DNA from: an uncultured Bacilli bacterium
GTDB taxonomy: Bacteria; Bacillota_I; Bacilli_A; RF39; UBA660
Direction of reading: 5' to 3'
Assembly: GCA_934167695.1 (NCBI GenBank)
Contig: CAKPLP010000003.1
Location: 11,529 to 75,528, forward strand
Length of the DNA stretch: 64,000 nt
A program made the translations under genes and the position numbers. Under the pieces are notes generated by a model. The model saw nothing but the letters and a program-made list of their open reading frames with translations. It was not told where the DNA came from and did not search any database. Of this stretch, positions 46,912 through 56,615 are shown one piece after another (position 1 is the stretch's first letter; the number at the start of each line of letters is the position of its first letter).

Positions 46912-47451
46912 ATGGAAAAGAAATCTCTAAAAAAAGAAAAGAATATGACTAAAAATTATTTTATTTTATTTTTTATAATTTTACTTACAGTATTATTTGT
47001 TTGGTATATTTGTAAGTGGTATCAAGTATATTCTGATTATCAAAAAGAAACTCCTGTTATTCGTGGTACTTTAAATTATGAAATAACTGGACTAGAGCTT
47101 GATCACTATATTATGGAAAATCCTAGTTGTGTTATTTATATGTGTACTTCAAGTAGTGATAGTTGCAGATCATTTGAAAAAGATTTTAAAAAGTTAATTG
47201 TGAAGAAAAATTTACAAAATAATATTATATATTTAAATTTAAGTGATGTTGATATTAATACTTTTGTTACTAACTTTAATGATAGTTATCATTATAAAAT
47301 AAAGCTTACAGAGAATTATCCGGCGATAGTAGAATTTACTGATGGTAAAGTTACTGGATTATTGGAGGGTACTACTGATAATCGTCTTACTATTACTAAA
47401 GTAGATCAGTTTATTGATTTACATCAAATTGGATTAGAAGAAGAAAGTTAA
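46912..47451 (+). CDS. hypothetical N-terminally anchored membrane protein (179 aa)
   Basis: TM YFILFFIILLTVLFVWYI. AGAGGAGTG RBS. No recognisable motif. Confidence 0.4.
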   Translation: MEKKSLKKEKNMTKNYFILFFIILLTVLFVWYICKWYQVYSDYQKETPVIRGTLNYEITGLELDHYIMENPSCVIYMCTSSSDSCRSFEKDFKKLIVKKNLQNNIIYLNLSDVDINTFVTNFNDSYHYKIKLTENYPAIVEFTDGKVTGLLEGTTDNRLTITKVDQFIDLHQIGLEEES

Positions 47452-47474
47452 TCTTCTTTTTTTAGGAGGAAATT

Positions 47475-47987
47475 ATGAATAATATTGTTTTATTTGAACC
47501 AGAGATACCTCAAAATACAGGTAATATTATGCGTACTTGTGTTGCAACTTCTACAGTGCTTCACTTGATAAAACCACTTGGTTTTATTCTTGATGATGCT
47601 CATTTAAAAAGAAGTGGAGTTAATTATATTGACAAGCTTAATTATCATGTTTATGAGAACTTTGATGATTTTATGGAAAAGAATAAAGATGGAGAATTTT
47701 TCTTTTTTACTAGATATGGTCATGTTCCTCATACTACTTTTGATTATTCTAATAAAGAGAATAAAAATTTGTATTTTATTTTTGGGAAAGAATCAACAGG
47801 CTTACCTAAAGAAATTTTAAAGAATCATTTGGATCATTGTATGAGAATTCCTATGACTAGTGATGTAAGGGCTCTTAATTTGTCTAATTGTTGTGCGATT
47901 GTTATATATGAGGCGCTTCGTCAACAAAATTATAATGATTTGCTTAGAGATGAGCCACATAAAGGAAAAGATTATTTAGAAAAATAA
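47475..47987 (+). CDS. trmL: tRNA (cytidine/uridine-2'-O)-methyltransferase TrmL (SpoU/TrmH family)
   Basis: NIVLFEPEIPQNTGNIMRTC. GKESTGLP. SLNLSNCCAIVIYEALRQ SPOUT knot motifs. About 170 aa. Confidence 0.85.
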   Translation: MNNIVLFEPEIPQNTGNIMRTCVATSTVLHLIKPLGFILDDAHLKRSGVNYIDKLNYHVYENFDDFMEKNKDGEFFFFTRYGHVPHTTFDYSNKENKNLYFIFGKESTGLPKEILKNHLDHCMRIPMTSDVRALNLSNCCAIVIYEALRQQNYNDLLRDEPHKGKDYLEK

Positions 47988-48016
47988 AAAAATCGGTTTG
48001 TTTGCCGATTTTTATT
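47986..48016. terminator. bidirectional intrinsic terminator (AAATCGG-TTTGTTTG-CCGATTT)
   Basis: 7-bp stem flanked by an A-run and a T-run, between convergent trmL (+) and the thioredoxin-like gene (-). Confidence 0.6.
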
Positions 48017-48419
48017 TTATATATTTTAATTTTTTTAATGTGTTTTTTAATTTTTTATCACTAATAGAACCTGTGATTCGGCTACTAACAATTTCTTTTC
48101 CCTTATTGAAAAACATTGTAGTAGGAGTTCCTTCAAATGTATATTTTTCATTAAACTTATTGTAATCGCTTTCTGAAATATAAGAAATATTTAAATTATA
48201 AGCTTCTAAATTATTATCTTTTAAAATAGTCTTTAATCTTGGTGTAAATTCTTCACAATGACTACAACCATCTTGAGTAATTTCTAATATAAATGTTTCT
48301 TTTTTATCTATCATATCTTTAATTTCATCATAGCTTACTCTTTTTAGTGTATTTTGACATCCTGTTAATAGTAAAATTGCTATTAAAAACAAGGGAATCT
48401 TTATAAATATCTTTTTCAT
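48012..48419 (-). CDS. thioredoxin-fold lipoprotein (CxxC = CSHC), extracytoplasmic thiol-disulfide oxidoreductase candidate
   Basis: Lipobox LLTGC. CSHCEEF active-site-like motif in a thioredoxin-like context (ITQDGCSHC). Confidence 0.65.
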   Translation of the reverse strand: MKKIFIKIPLFLIAILLLTGCQNTLKRVSYDEIKDMIDKKETFILEITQDGCSHCEEFTPRLKTILKDNNLEAYNLNISYISESDYNKFNEKYTFEGTPTTMFFNKGKEIVSSRITGSISDKKLKNTLKKLKYIK

Positions 48420-48520
48420 TTTTACCTCTTTTCTTTACAAAAAAAATTATATCATACCTTTTAAAAATATGTAAAGTAAGTTATAATTAAATAAGAGTAA
48501 AGGAAAGGGGTATTTGTAAA

Positions 48521-50086
48521 ATGATTTTTAGAAAACCTTATGCATTTTTAATTAAAAATTTTAGAAAGATTCATATTACAATTTTAGCGGCATGGCTTTT
48601 TATTTATTTTAAAGTCAATGATATAACTAGTTTTGTAAGTGAATTTATTGGGTTTGGTACTTATAGTTCTTCGTTAGAATCTTTTTCATCTAAGGTTGGT
48701 ATTTTATTTTATTTAGCTGTTATTTTTATTATAGTAAGTAGTTTATTATTACTTATACTATTAAAAAGAAAGGATAAGCCTTGGAAAGTATATCTTATTT
48801 ATATATTTGAATATGTATTATTACTTTTTGCAGTTATTTTTCTATCTGGATTTTTTTCTTCATATACAATTAATACTAATGTTAGTGGAGTATTAATATA
48901 TAGAGATATGTTAAACATATCTAAATATTTACAATATGTAGTTTTAGTTTTTTTAGTTATAAGAGTTTTGGGTATTGATCTTAAGAAATTTAATTTTAAG
49001 AATGATGAGGAATTTTTAGAGCTTAGTAGTGATGATAGAGAAGAGTTTGAGATTAGTTTTGATTTTGATAAGAATTCTATTAAAAGAGGATTTAATAGGT
49101 TTAAAAGAAATTTTAATTATTTTTATCGTGAGCATAAATTTATATGTGATATTTTTATGATTGGATGTTTGGTGTTTTTAATTGGATATTCTTATTATTA
49201 TTTTGGAATTGTTCATAAATCTTATAAGCAGGGAAAAACATTTAATTCTGGTATTTATAGTATTACTGTAAATGATAGTTATGTAACTAATAAAGATTAT
49301 GCTGGTAATAGTATAGAGAAAGGTTATAAATTTGTTATTGTAAAGGTTAGTATAAAAAATAATTATAATAAAACTGTTGAACCTAATTTAGATAGATTTC
49401 ATTTAGTTAATAAAAATACTGAAAGATCATATTCTAGTTTTTATAACAGCTATTTTAAGGATCTTGGAGATGGTGCTGATGATGCTATTAAAATTAATAC
49501 TGGTAAGGAAAAATCTGTTTATTTAGTTTATAGAGTAAAGGGTGATCTTGATAATAAAAAGTTTGTATTATATTACCAAGAACTTGGAGGAAAACTTAGA
49601 AGTTATTTAAGAAAGATAAAACTAAATATTCAGGATGTTTCAGAAATTAAGGATGTTGGTGAATATAATAAGGGTGATAAAATAGATTTTAGTTATGTTT
49701 CTGGTACTAAAAAGAAAATTACTATTACTGATAGCGCTATTCAGTCTAGTTTTGCTTATCATAGATATTATTGTCCAACTTCTTCTATGTGTGGTGTGTA
49801 TGATGAAAATTTAACTGCTGAAGAGGGGAAACTTCTTTTAAAAATTTCTTTTGCTTCAAGTGATTTTGAAGGCGAAGATTTTATTGACTTTTCATCTAGT
49901 TATGGTAAAATTAAATATATAGATAATAAGGGTAAAACTCAATATGCAAGTATTAAAAATGCTATTAAAACGAATTATCAAGGCAAGGAAATTTTTATTA
50001 GTAGTGATGCTGATGTTTTGAATTCAGAAAAAATTTGGATAGAATATATCCTTAGAAACAAAAGATATGTTTTAAGAATAAAGTAA
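48521..50086 (+). CDS. hypothetical polytopic membrane protein with beta-rich extracellular C-terminal domain (521 aa)
   Basis: Four to five N-terminal TMs. The C-terminal 300 aa are hydrophilic with Cys. Confidence 0.45.
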   Translation: MIFRKPYAFLIKNFRKIHITILAAWLFIYFKVNDITSFVSEFIGFGTYSSSLESFSSKVGILFYLAVIFIIVSSLLLLILLKRKDKPWKVYLIYIFEYVLLLFAVIFLSGFFSSYTINTNVSGVLIYRDMLNISKYLQYVVLVFLVIRVLGIDLKKFNFKNDEEFLELSSDDREEFEISFDFDKNSIKRGFNRFKRNFNYFYREHKFICDIFMIGCLVFLIGYSYYYFGIVHKSYKQGKTFNSGIYSITVNDSYVTNKDYAGNSIEKGYKFVIVKVSIKNNYNKTVEPNLDRFHLVNKNTERSYSSFYNSYFKDLGDGADDAIKINTGKEKSVYLVYRVKGDLDNKKFVLYYQELGGKLRSYLRKIKLNIQDVSEIKDVGEYNKGDKIDFSYVSGTKKKITITDSAIQSSFAYHRYYCPTSSMCGVYDENLTAEEGKLLLKISFASSDFEGEDFIDFSSSYGKIKYIDNKGKTQYASIKNAIKTNYQGKEIFISSDADVLNSEKIWIEYILRNKRYVLRIK

Positions 50087-50101
50087 AGAGGCGGCGATAT
50101 T

Positions 50102-51871
50102 ATGGAAAAGAATAAGGTTAAAAAGAATGTAACTGTTATTATAATTGCACTTATAGTTATTATTGGTTTATGGCTTATTATTATTTATCCACTTATTAAA
50201 TTTAATGAAAATGAAAAAACTGTTATTAATGCCACTAAGAGGTATTTTGAAATTAATAGTAATAAACTTCCTAGAGAGGGTGATATAAAAACTATTTCTG
50301 TTGGTGATTTATTAGATCAAAAGTATATTACTGATTTGAGGACTGCCTATAATAATGATACTTGTGAAGCTAGAACTAGTTGGGTTAAGGTAAAGAAGGT
50401 AAATGGAGATTATAAATATTATGTTTATTTGAAATGCGGTATCTTTAGTTCTAATGTCGATCATGAAGGACCTGAGATTGTTCTTAATGGTGATGATAAA
50501 ATAGAAATAGAAAAAGGCGAGAAGTTTGTTGATCCGGGAGTTAAGAGTGTTAAAGATAATACAGATGGTAATATAGATTTAAAGAAGGTATATACAAAGG
50601 GTGAAGTTAATACTGATAAAGTTGGAACATATATAATTACTTATGGTGCTATAGATAGTTTTGAAAATAAGACTGAAGTTCAACGTAAGGTTATTGTTTC
50701 ACAAAGTTTATCTAATACCGTTGAAATTAATACAGATAAAGACAATATTTATAAGGGTGCTGTTCAAAATAATTATATAAGATTCTCTGGTCAACTATTT
50801 AGAATCGTTGGTTTGGATAGTAATGGTAATGTTAAGATTGTAAGTAATGAAGATATTGCTAGTGTAGATTATAAATCTGTTAATGATTGGTTAAATAATT
50901 ACTATTATAATAACCTTGCAAAAAGTTCAAGGAAATATGTTGTTACTAATTATGAATGGTGTAGTGATAGCGTTAGTAAAGATAAAGTTGATAGTGTTAA
51001 TAAGTGTAATAATAAAGAAATTAAACAAAATGTTGGACTTTTATCAATAAATGAGTATAATAGTAGCTTAAAGGAGGGGGAGAGTTACCTTTATACTAAT
51101 ACTATTAATTGGACAATGAATGCTTTGAATTCTAAAAAAGCTTGGACAACTAAAGATAATTTTATTGGAAAAACTTCTAAATATTTGGAATATAGTAGAA
51201 ATTATAATTTTAAGGTTAGACCTAGTTTGGTTTTGAAAAATGGTATTAAAATTAAATCTGGTGATGGAACAGTTGATAACCCATACGATATAGGTGATTT
51301 TAAGATTGCTAAGCCGGGTAGTAAAGTTTCTAAGAGATATAGCGGTGAATATATTAAATATGGTGGTAATTTATATCGCATTATAAATTCTGATAGTGAG
51401 GGTTATACAAAAGTTATTTCTATTTATAATTTAGCTGATTATACTACTACTTATGGAAGTGGAAATCAATATAATCCTAATAAAGCAGGTAACATTGCGT
51501 ATGTTATTGAAAATACAGTTAGTACTTATAATAAAGTTAGTATTTTTGCAAAACATCAAATAGAAGTTCCAATTTATAAAGGTATTGCTACTTATAGTGG
51601 TGAAAAAACAACAAAGAAATATAATGTTAAATTTAGTGCACCTAGTATGTATGAAATGTATAGTTCTTATTATGATTCTTTCTGGTATATAGAATCTTCT
51701 AAGCAAAGTGATATTAAATATGCTTCTAGTTATAACGGTACTGTTTACTTTGATATGGATGATATTACAGATATTAATACTCATATTATGTATACTGGAT
51801 ATATGAAAAAGACAAGCGTTATTATTAGTGGTAGTGGAACTATGAGTGATCCATATGAAGTAGATTATTAG
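50102..51871 (+). CDS. N-terminally anchored surface protein with DUF5011-type Ig-like domain
   Basis: TM VTVIIIALIVIIGLWLIIIY. EGPEIVLNGDDKIEIEKGEKFVDPGVKSVKDNTDGNIDL...VGTYIITYGAIDSFENKTEVQRKVIV matches the DUF5011 pattern. Disulfide-bounded segment CEARTSW...YLKC near the N-terminus. Confidence 0.55.
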   Translation: MEKNKVKKNVTVIIIALIVIIGLWLIIIYPLIKFNENEKTVINATKRYFEINSNKLPREGDIKTISVGDLLDQKYITDLRTAYNNDTCEARTSWVKVKKVNGDYKYYVYLKCGIFSSNVDHEGPEIVLNGDDKIEIEKGEKFVDPGVKSVKDNTDGNIDLKKVYTKGEVNTDKVGTYIITYGAIDSFENKTEVQRKVIVSQSLSNTVEINTDKDNIYKGAVQNNYIRFSGQLFRIVGLDSNGNVKIVSNEDIASVDYKSVNDWLNNYYYNNLAKSSRKYVVTNYEWCSDSVSKDKVDSVNKCNNKEIKQNVGLLSINEYNSSLKEGESYLYTNTINWTMNALNSKKAWTTKDNFIGKTSKYLEYSRNYNFKVRPSLVLKNGIKIKSGDGTVDNPYDIGDFKIAKPGSKVSKRYSGEYIKYGGNLYRIINSDSEGYTKVISIYNLADYTTTYGSGNQYNPNKAGNIAYVIENTVSTYNKVSIFAKHQIEVPIYKGIATYSGEKTTKKYNVKFSAPSMYEMYSSYYDSFWYIESSKQSDIKYASSYNGTVYFDMDDITDINTHIMYTGYMKKTSVIISGSGTMSDPYEVDY

Positions 51872-51887
51872 TATTAAGGTGTTAAGT

Positions 51888-52697
51888 ATGAAAAAAAGTG
51901 TGAGAAGAAAAAAGAATATTATGAATAAGAAAATTATTATTTTACTAATTTTTCTTCTTGCTATTTTAGCATTATTATATCTGTTTAAACGATTAGATTT
52001 AAAACAGATTTTTGTTCCTATATATGAAGTGAGTGATAGGACAAGCAATGTTAAAAAAGCGAGTAAGAAATATAGTGATCAAGCTGATGTAGTTGGTTGG
52101 ATAAAAGTTCAGGGCACTAATATTGATTACCCTGTAGTTTATGAAGATGGTTCTACTACTGAAAGATATTCATTTAATTATGCTTGGATTAACAGAAATA
52201 ATAAAAAATTGACTAATAGACCAATTATCTTTAGTCATAATATTAGAAATGTTTCAAGTCAACCTCTCATAGGTGATAAGGAAATGGATCAGTTTGAACA
52301 GTTGATGTCATATATTTATTATAATTTCAATAAGGATAATAAATATATTCAATATACTGTTAATGGTAAGAATTATTTATATCAAATATTTTCTGTTTCT
52401 ATTGTTGATGATAATTTAATAGATTATTACGATACATCTTACACTAAAAAAGAAATGAAAAAATATATTAAAGAAAGTTTGAATGATAGTTATTTTAAAT
52501 ATGATGTTGATGTAAGTGAAGATGATAAAATTATTACCTTAGTTACATGTACAAGATTTGATGGAAAATTACTTAATGATTTTAAAATAGATGCAAAATT
52601 AATTGACAAAAATAAAGGGTATAACTATAATGTTTCTGAAAAGAAAAATTATGATTATGTTAAAAAAATATTAAAAGGAGATGGCAATGATGTATAA
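51888..52697 (+). CDS. srtB: class B sortase
   Basis: DVVGWIKVQGTNIDYPVV, catalytic His region IIFSHNIRN, TLVTCT catalytic Cys motif and the following basic segment parallel S. aureus SrtB. Start at MKKSVRR after AAGGTG. Confidence 0.75.
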   Translation: MKKSVRRKKNIMNKKIIILLIFLLAILALLYLFKRLDLKQIFVPIYEVSDRTSNVKKASKKYSDQADVVGWIKVQGTNIDYPVVYEDGSTTERYSFNYAWINRNNKKLTNRPIIFSHNIRNVSSQPLIGDKEMDQFEQLMSYIYYNFNKDNKYIQYTVNGKNYLYQIFSVSIVDDNLIDYYDTSYTKKEMKKYIKESLNDSYFKYDVDVSEDDKIITLVTCTRFDGKLLNDFKIDAKLIDKNKGYNYNVSEKKNYDYVKKILKGDGNDV

Positions 52698-55600
52698 AGA
52701 TATGATTAAAAAGTGGGTTGGAATGTTATTTGTACTAGCCATTTGTGTTACTTTTTCAGTATTTGATGTTGATGCGAAGAGTACATGTACTAAAAGTGCT
52801 GCTAAAAAGTATTATAATGTTAGAATAGTAAGAAATGGAACTGATGATAAAACTGATTCTATAACTGTTAAAGCAAGTAATGGAAAATTTTATTTGAAAC
52901 TTGTTTCTTATGATAGTAATTTAACAAAAGAACAAATTGCAAAAGATAGTACTATTCCTGTTATTAATTCTACTAGTCCTCTTGTAGGTGGTAAGAGTTA
53001 TAAAATTACTAATAGCCAATTAAGAAATTATTATGATGGTGATGGTGCTTTAGCTGTTAAAATTGTAGCGATATTTGATTCTAATACTGAGGATGATAAA
53101 GATGCAGTGTGTGATGGTGATGATAAGTATATTAGAATGATTACTTATAGTGAACAGTTAGATGATGATAAAAGTACTACATCTTATAATGTTTCTGGTA
53201 ATACTCAAGGATGTATTGATCTAAATAATTTTATAAAGAGTCATTCTGATTATTTTGATTCAAAAATGTTAGATATTTCAAAATCTATTTTACCATCATG
53301 TTTTAATCAAAAAGTAACTTACAATGTTAGTGATGATACAATAGCAATATTAGAAAAAGAAATAGAGAAAATATATAATAATTATAAGAAATATAAAAAG
53401 AATACTGGTGATAGTGGTAATTTTGATGTTGAACTTCAAAAATTAAAAACTTTATCTTCTGATTGGATAGAAATAAAGAAGAAAAATAAAGCAAATCACC
53501 TAACCATTTCTGATAATACAGATAAAACATATAAAAAATTAGGTTCTAATAGTAGCAGTATGTTAACTTGTAGTACTAAAAATGAACGTGTTGAAACTAA
53601 ATTATTCTATATAAATGAAGAAAAAAATACTATTGATTATACTATCGGTGATGGTAGTGTTGGTTCTAAAGTAAAAAAGGATAATGTTGATGTATGTACA
53701 ACTGTTTGTAGAGAAAAGGTATCAATTTCATATGGTCCTCCGGTTGCAGTTGTCGCTGGCCAATGTTTTACATATGAAGTAGAAGTTAAGAGTAACGTTG
53801 AATGTATTGCTCAAGTTAATTATGATGTTTTCCCTAAATTTTCAGATTTTGAACCTTGTACAATATATGGTAGTTGTATAACTTCAGCAGGTCACGAACT
53901 TACTGGTTATAATGAACAAGCTGGTCCAACTGAAGACTTTGATAGTTGTGTAAATAGTTGTGATGGTGGTAAATATAGTCAATCATGTATAAATTCTTGT
54001 TATTCAAAAGTTTATGAAAAATCAACTGATACAAAATCTACTACTAAAACAAGTAGTGCTGATAGTGATAATACTGATATTATTGGTTATGCTTTAGATA
54101 CTCTTAATATTTCTAATAATTCAAAAGTTAGTAAAGTTAAATGGAATGGTAGTAATAGAGTTACTAGTTATACTTTAGATTCTGCTTGTCCTTCTGCAAG
54201 TGCTAGCGTTGATGAAGTTTATAATTGGGTAAATAAAAATATTACTGGTAATTATACATCTGCAGGTGGTACTTTAACTTACCAACCAAAGAATGGTGGA
54301 TGTATTTGGAGTCGATACGGTTATGCATATTTTAGAACTAAACAATTAGCTGCAAGAACCGTTTGTAATGCTCAAGGATATAACTGGATAAGTGGTAGAG
54401 AAAACTGTGAATTTACAAGTAATCCTAATGCAGATAATTATGAATACTATGATAATTGTTTGGCTAGTCAAGGTTGCTATAAAGGTAGAATGAAGAGTGG
54501 ATATAGATGTAAAAATGGTTATGATATTAGTGATTCTAGATGTGAACGAGTAAATTATTATGGTAATTATTATAACCCAGAAAATGGATTTAAACGTCAA
54601 AATGGATGTAGTGAATCTTGTAAATGGAAAGTAAAAAATAATGGTACTTGTAAATATGTTGACAGAGAGAAAGCTGAAAAGGATTATATTAATTCTATCA
54701 AGAAAATTTATGAGGCTTTGGATGGATGTATGAGTAAGGCTGCTGCAACATGTAATACTTCTAATTCTGTTTCTTATACTATGTCTGCTAATACTGATAC
54801 TACTACAACAAATCAATCATGTACTAATGGTAACTATGAATCTAATGGTAATTGTATTGACAAGGATCAATGGTATAATCAATCTAAAACTAAACAAACA
54901 ACTGGAAAAGTTAATAATCTAGATTTAGCTCAAAATACTATTATTAAATTAAATGATGGTAAATGTTATCAAAATAAGAGTGAAGATAATATGTATCATG
55001 GTATTATTACTTTCCCTGGTGCTTGGATTAATAATAAGACTGGAAAAGTTACTTATAGGAAACCAGCTTCTGAAGAAGAAAAATGGTATACATCATATAC
55101 TGGTAATTATTGTACTCCATTAATTGCTAAAAATGTTAATGCTAATTGGTGGACATGGCATTATTACAATAAAACGGGTTCTATTACAAAAGAGTTTGAT
55201 CAATGGGAGTCAGCAGGAGATATTAAAAATATAGTTTATAATATCTTTAGTAAAATAAAGAACTTTGGTAAATATAATTGGAATATAAATACTGGTTGTT
55301 TCTATGCTATTAATAACTATACTGGTAAACCTTGTGATAGTAGTTCATCTAAATGTGATACTATAACTGATACTGAAGTTCCAGGTCCAGAACATTGTAC
55401 TAGTTCTAGTTGTCCTAAAAAAGATGACCAGCTAAAAGCTGAGAATAATTCTAAAGTTGATAATTATTCTTCTAAGTCTATTACTTCATCTAATTTATTC
55501 CCATCTACTAAAACTAGTTCTTTGACTGATAAAACAGTACCTGCTGTTAAATTAAGTTATGGTAAAAAAATGGCTGATACTAATTCATCTACTAGGTCTG

Positions 55601-56076
55601 AAGGATATAACTGGTCTGTTCAAGCAACTAATTTATCTGTTAAAAATTATCCAGTTACTCCTTCTTCACTAGTTAAGAAAATACAAGCTGGTAATACTTA
55701 TGTTGATTCAGAAATTGATTATGAATTTAAATTAACTAAAGAACAAATAAGTACTATTAAGAATGAATCTAAAAGTAGTACTAGTGATAAATTTTATATT
55801 AATTATGCTAATAATTATGTTAAGTTAAATAATAATGCTGATTATAAAAAGACATTCCAAAACTATAATTTAAATACAAATGATGTTGATGGTATAAGTT
55901 TTTATAAAAGTAATTACATTAGAAGTCATGCGACTAAAGTATATGCACCAGATGGAAATGCTTTAAAATGTAATAATTTAAAGCGAAATGGTTCAAATTA
56001 TAGTTGTGATATGTTAACTGATTATGTTAAGAGTGATTCTGAACTTCAAAGTTGGTTAAGCAAGGTAAATAGTTAA
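52687..56076 (+). CDS. large secreted Cys-rich protein (about 1130 aa), no recognisable domain
   Basis: Signal peptide (…VFDVDA|KS). More than 50 Cys, S/T/N-rich. No C-terminal sortase signal or TM visible. Confidence 0.55.
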   Translation: MMYKDMIKKWVGMLFVLAICVTFSVFDVDAKSTCTKSAAKKYYNVRIVRNGTDDKTDSITVKASNGKFYLKLVSYDSNLTKEQIAKDSTIPVINSTSPLVGGKSYKITNSQLRNYYDGDGALAVKIVAIFDSNTEDDKDAVCDGDDKYIRMITYSEQLDDDKSTTSYNVSGNTQGCIDLNNFIKSHSDYFDSKMLDISKSILPSCFNQKVTYNVSDDTIAILEKEIEKIYNNYKKYKKNTGDSGNFDVELQKLKTLSSDWIEIKKKNKANHLTISDNTDKTYKKLGSNSSSMLTCSTKNERVETKLFYINEEKNTIDYTIGDGSVGSKVKKDNVDVCTTVCREKVSISYGPPVAVVAGQCFTYEVEVKSNVECIAQVNYDVFPKFSDFEPCTIYGSCITSAGHELTGYNEQAGPTEDFDSCVNSCDGGKYSQSCINSCYSKVYEKSTDTKSTTKTSSADSDNTDIIGYALDTLNISNNSKVSKVKWNGSNRVTSYTLDSACPSASASVDEVYNWVNKNITGNYTSAGGTLTYQPKNGGCIWSRYGYAYFRTKQLAARTVCNAQGYNWISGRENCEFTSNPNADNYEYYDNCLASQGCYKGRMKSGYRCKNGYDISDSRCERVNYYGNYYNPENGFKRQNGCSESCKWKVKNNGTCKYVDREKAEKDYINSIKKIYEALDGCMSKAAATCNTSNSVSYTMSANTDTTTTNQSCTNGNYESNGNCIDKDQWYNQSKTKQTTGKVNNLDLAQNTIIKLNDGKCYQNKSEDNMYHGIITFPGAWINNKTGKVTYRKPASEEEKWYTSYTGNYCTPLIAKNVNANWWTWHYYNKTGSITKEFDQWESAGDIKNIVYNIFSKIKNFGKYNWNINTGCFYAINNYTGKPCDSSSSKCDTITDTEVPGPEHCTSSSCPKKDDQLKAENNSKVDNYSSKSITSSNLFPSTKTSSLTDKTVPAVKLSYGKKMADTNSSTRSEGYNWSVQATNLSVKNYPVTPSSLVKKIQAGNTYVDSEIDYEFKLTKEQISTIKNESKSSTSDKFYINYANNYVKLNNNADYKKTFQNYNLNTNDVDGISFYKSNYIRSHATKVYAPDGNALKCNNLKRNGSNYSCDMLTDYVKSDSELQSWLSKVNS

Positions 56077-56099
56077 TTGTGGAGGTGTGTTGGTAAGAT

Positions 56100-56588
56100 A
56101 TGAATAAAGCGTTTTTGACTATTGGAATTATTTTAATGGCTATCTTGGGTTTCTATAGTATAAGTTTAGTAAGTAGCCAGCAATCTGGTTCTGAACTTGA
56201 TTATTACTTATTAAAAGAAACTACTGAGTCTGCTATGAATGATGCTGTTGATATGACTTATTATCGTCAATTTGGGGTTTTGAGGATGGATAAAGAAAAA
56301 TTTATGGAAAGCTTTATTAAAAGATTTGCAGTCAGTGTAGATGGTACTAGGGATTATGATATCAAAGTTTATGATATAAATGAGACACCTCCAAAGGTTA
56401 GTATTAGAATTAATTCTGATAAAGCAACTCAAACAATTAAAGGATTTGGTGGTACTAATAATATAGATATTACTACTAATGCTGATATGATTCTTGAAGA
56501 TAATAATAAGACTAATGTTGGTGTTACTAATAAGAATATAGATTATATTAAAGCTTTGAAAATTAAAAGTGTTAATGATATAAAATAA
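56100..56588 (+). CDS. hypothetical N-terminally anchored protein (162 aa)
   Basis: N-terminal hydrophobic helix AFLTIGIILMAILGFYSISLV. GGAGGTG RBS. Located immediately upstream of the cpaB-like gene. Confidence 0.4.
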   Translation: MNKAFLTIGIILMAILGFYSISLVSSQQSGSELDYYLLKETTESAMNDAVDMTYYRQFGVLRMDKEKFMESFIKRFAVSVDGTRDYDIKVYDINETPPKVSIRINSDKATQTIKGFGGTNNIDITTNADMILEDNNKTNVGVTNKNIDYIKALKIKSVNDIK

Positions 56589-56615
56589 TTTATAAAAAGA
56601 AAGAAGAGGGATGTT

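Noticed and set aside
50102-56588. C-terminal cell-wall sorting signals (LPXTG/NPQTN/SPXTG + TM + basic tail) in proteins next to the sortase B
   Set aside because: I inspected the C-termini of the 589-aa, 1131-aa and 162-aa proteins. None carries such a signal. No sortase substrate is annotated.
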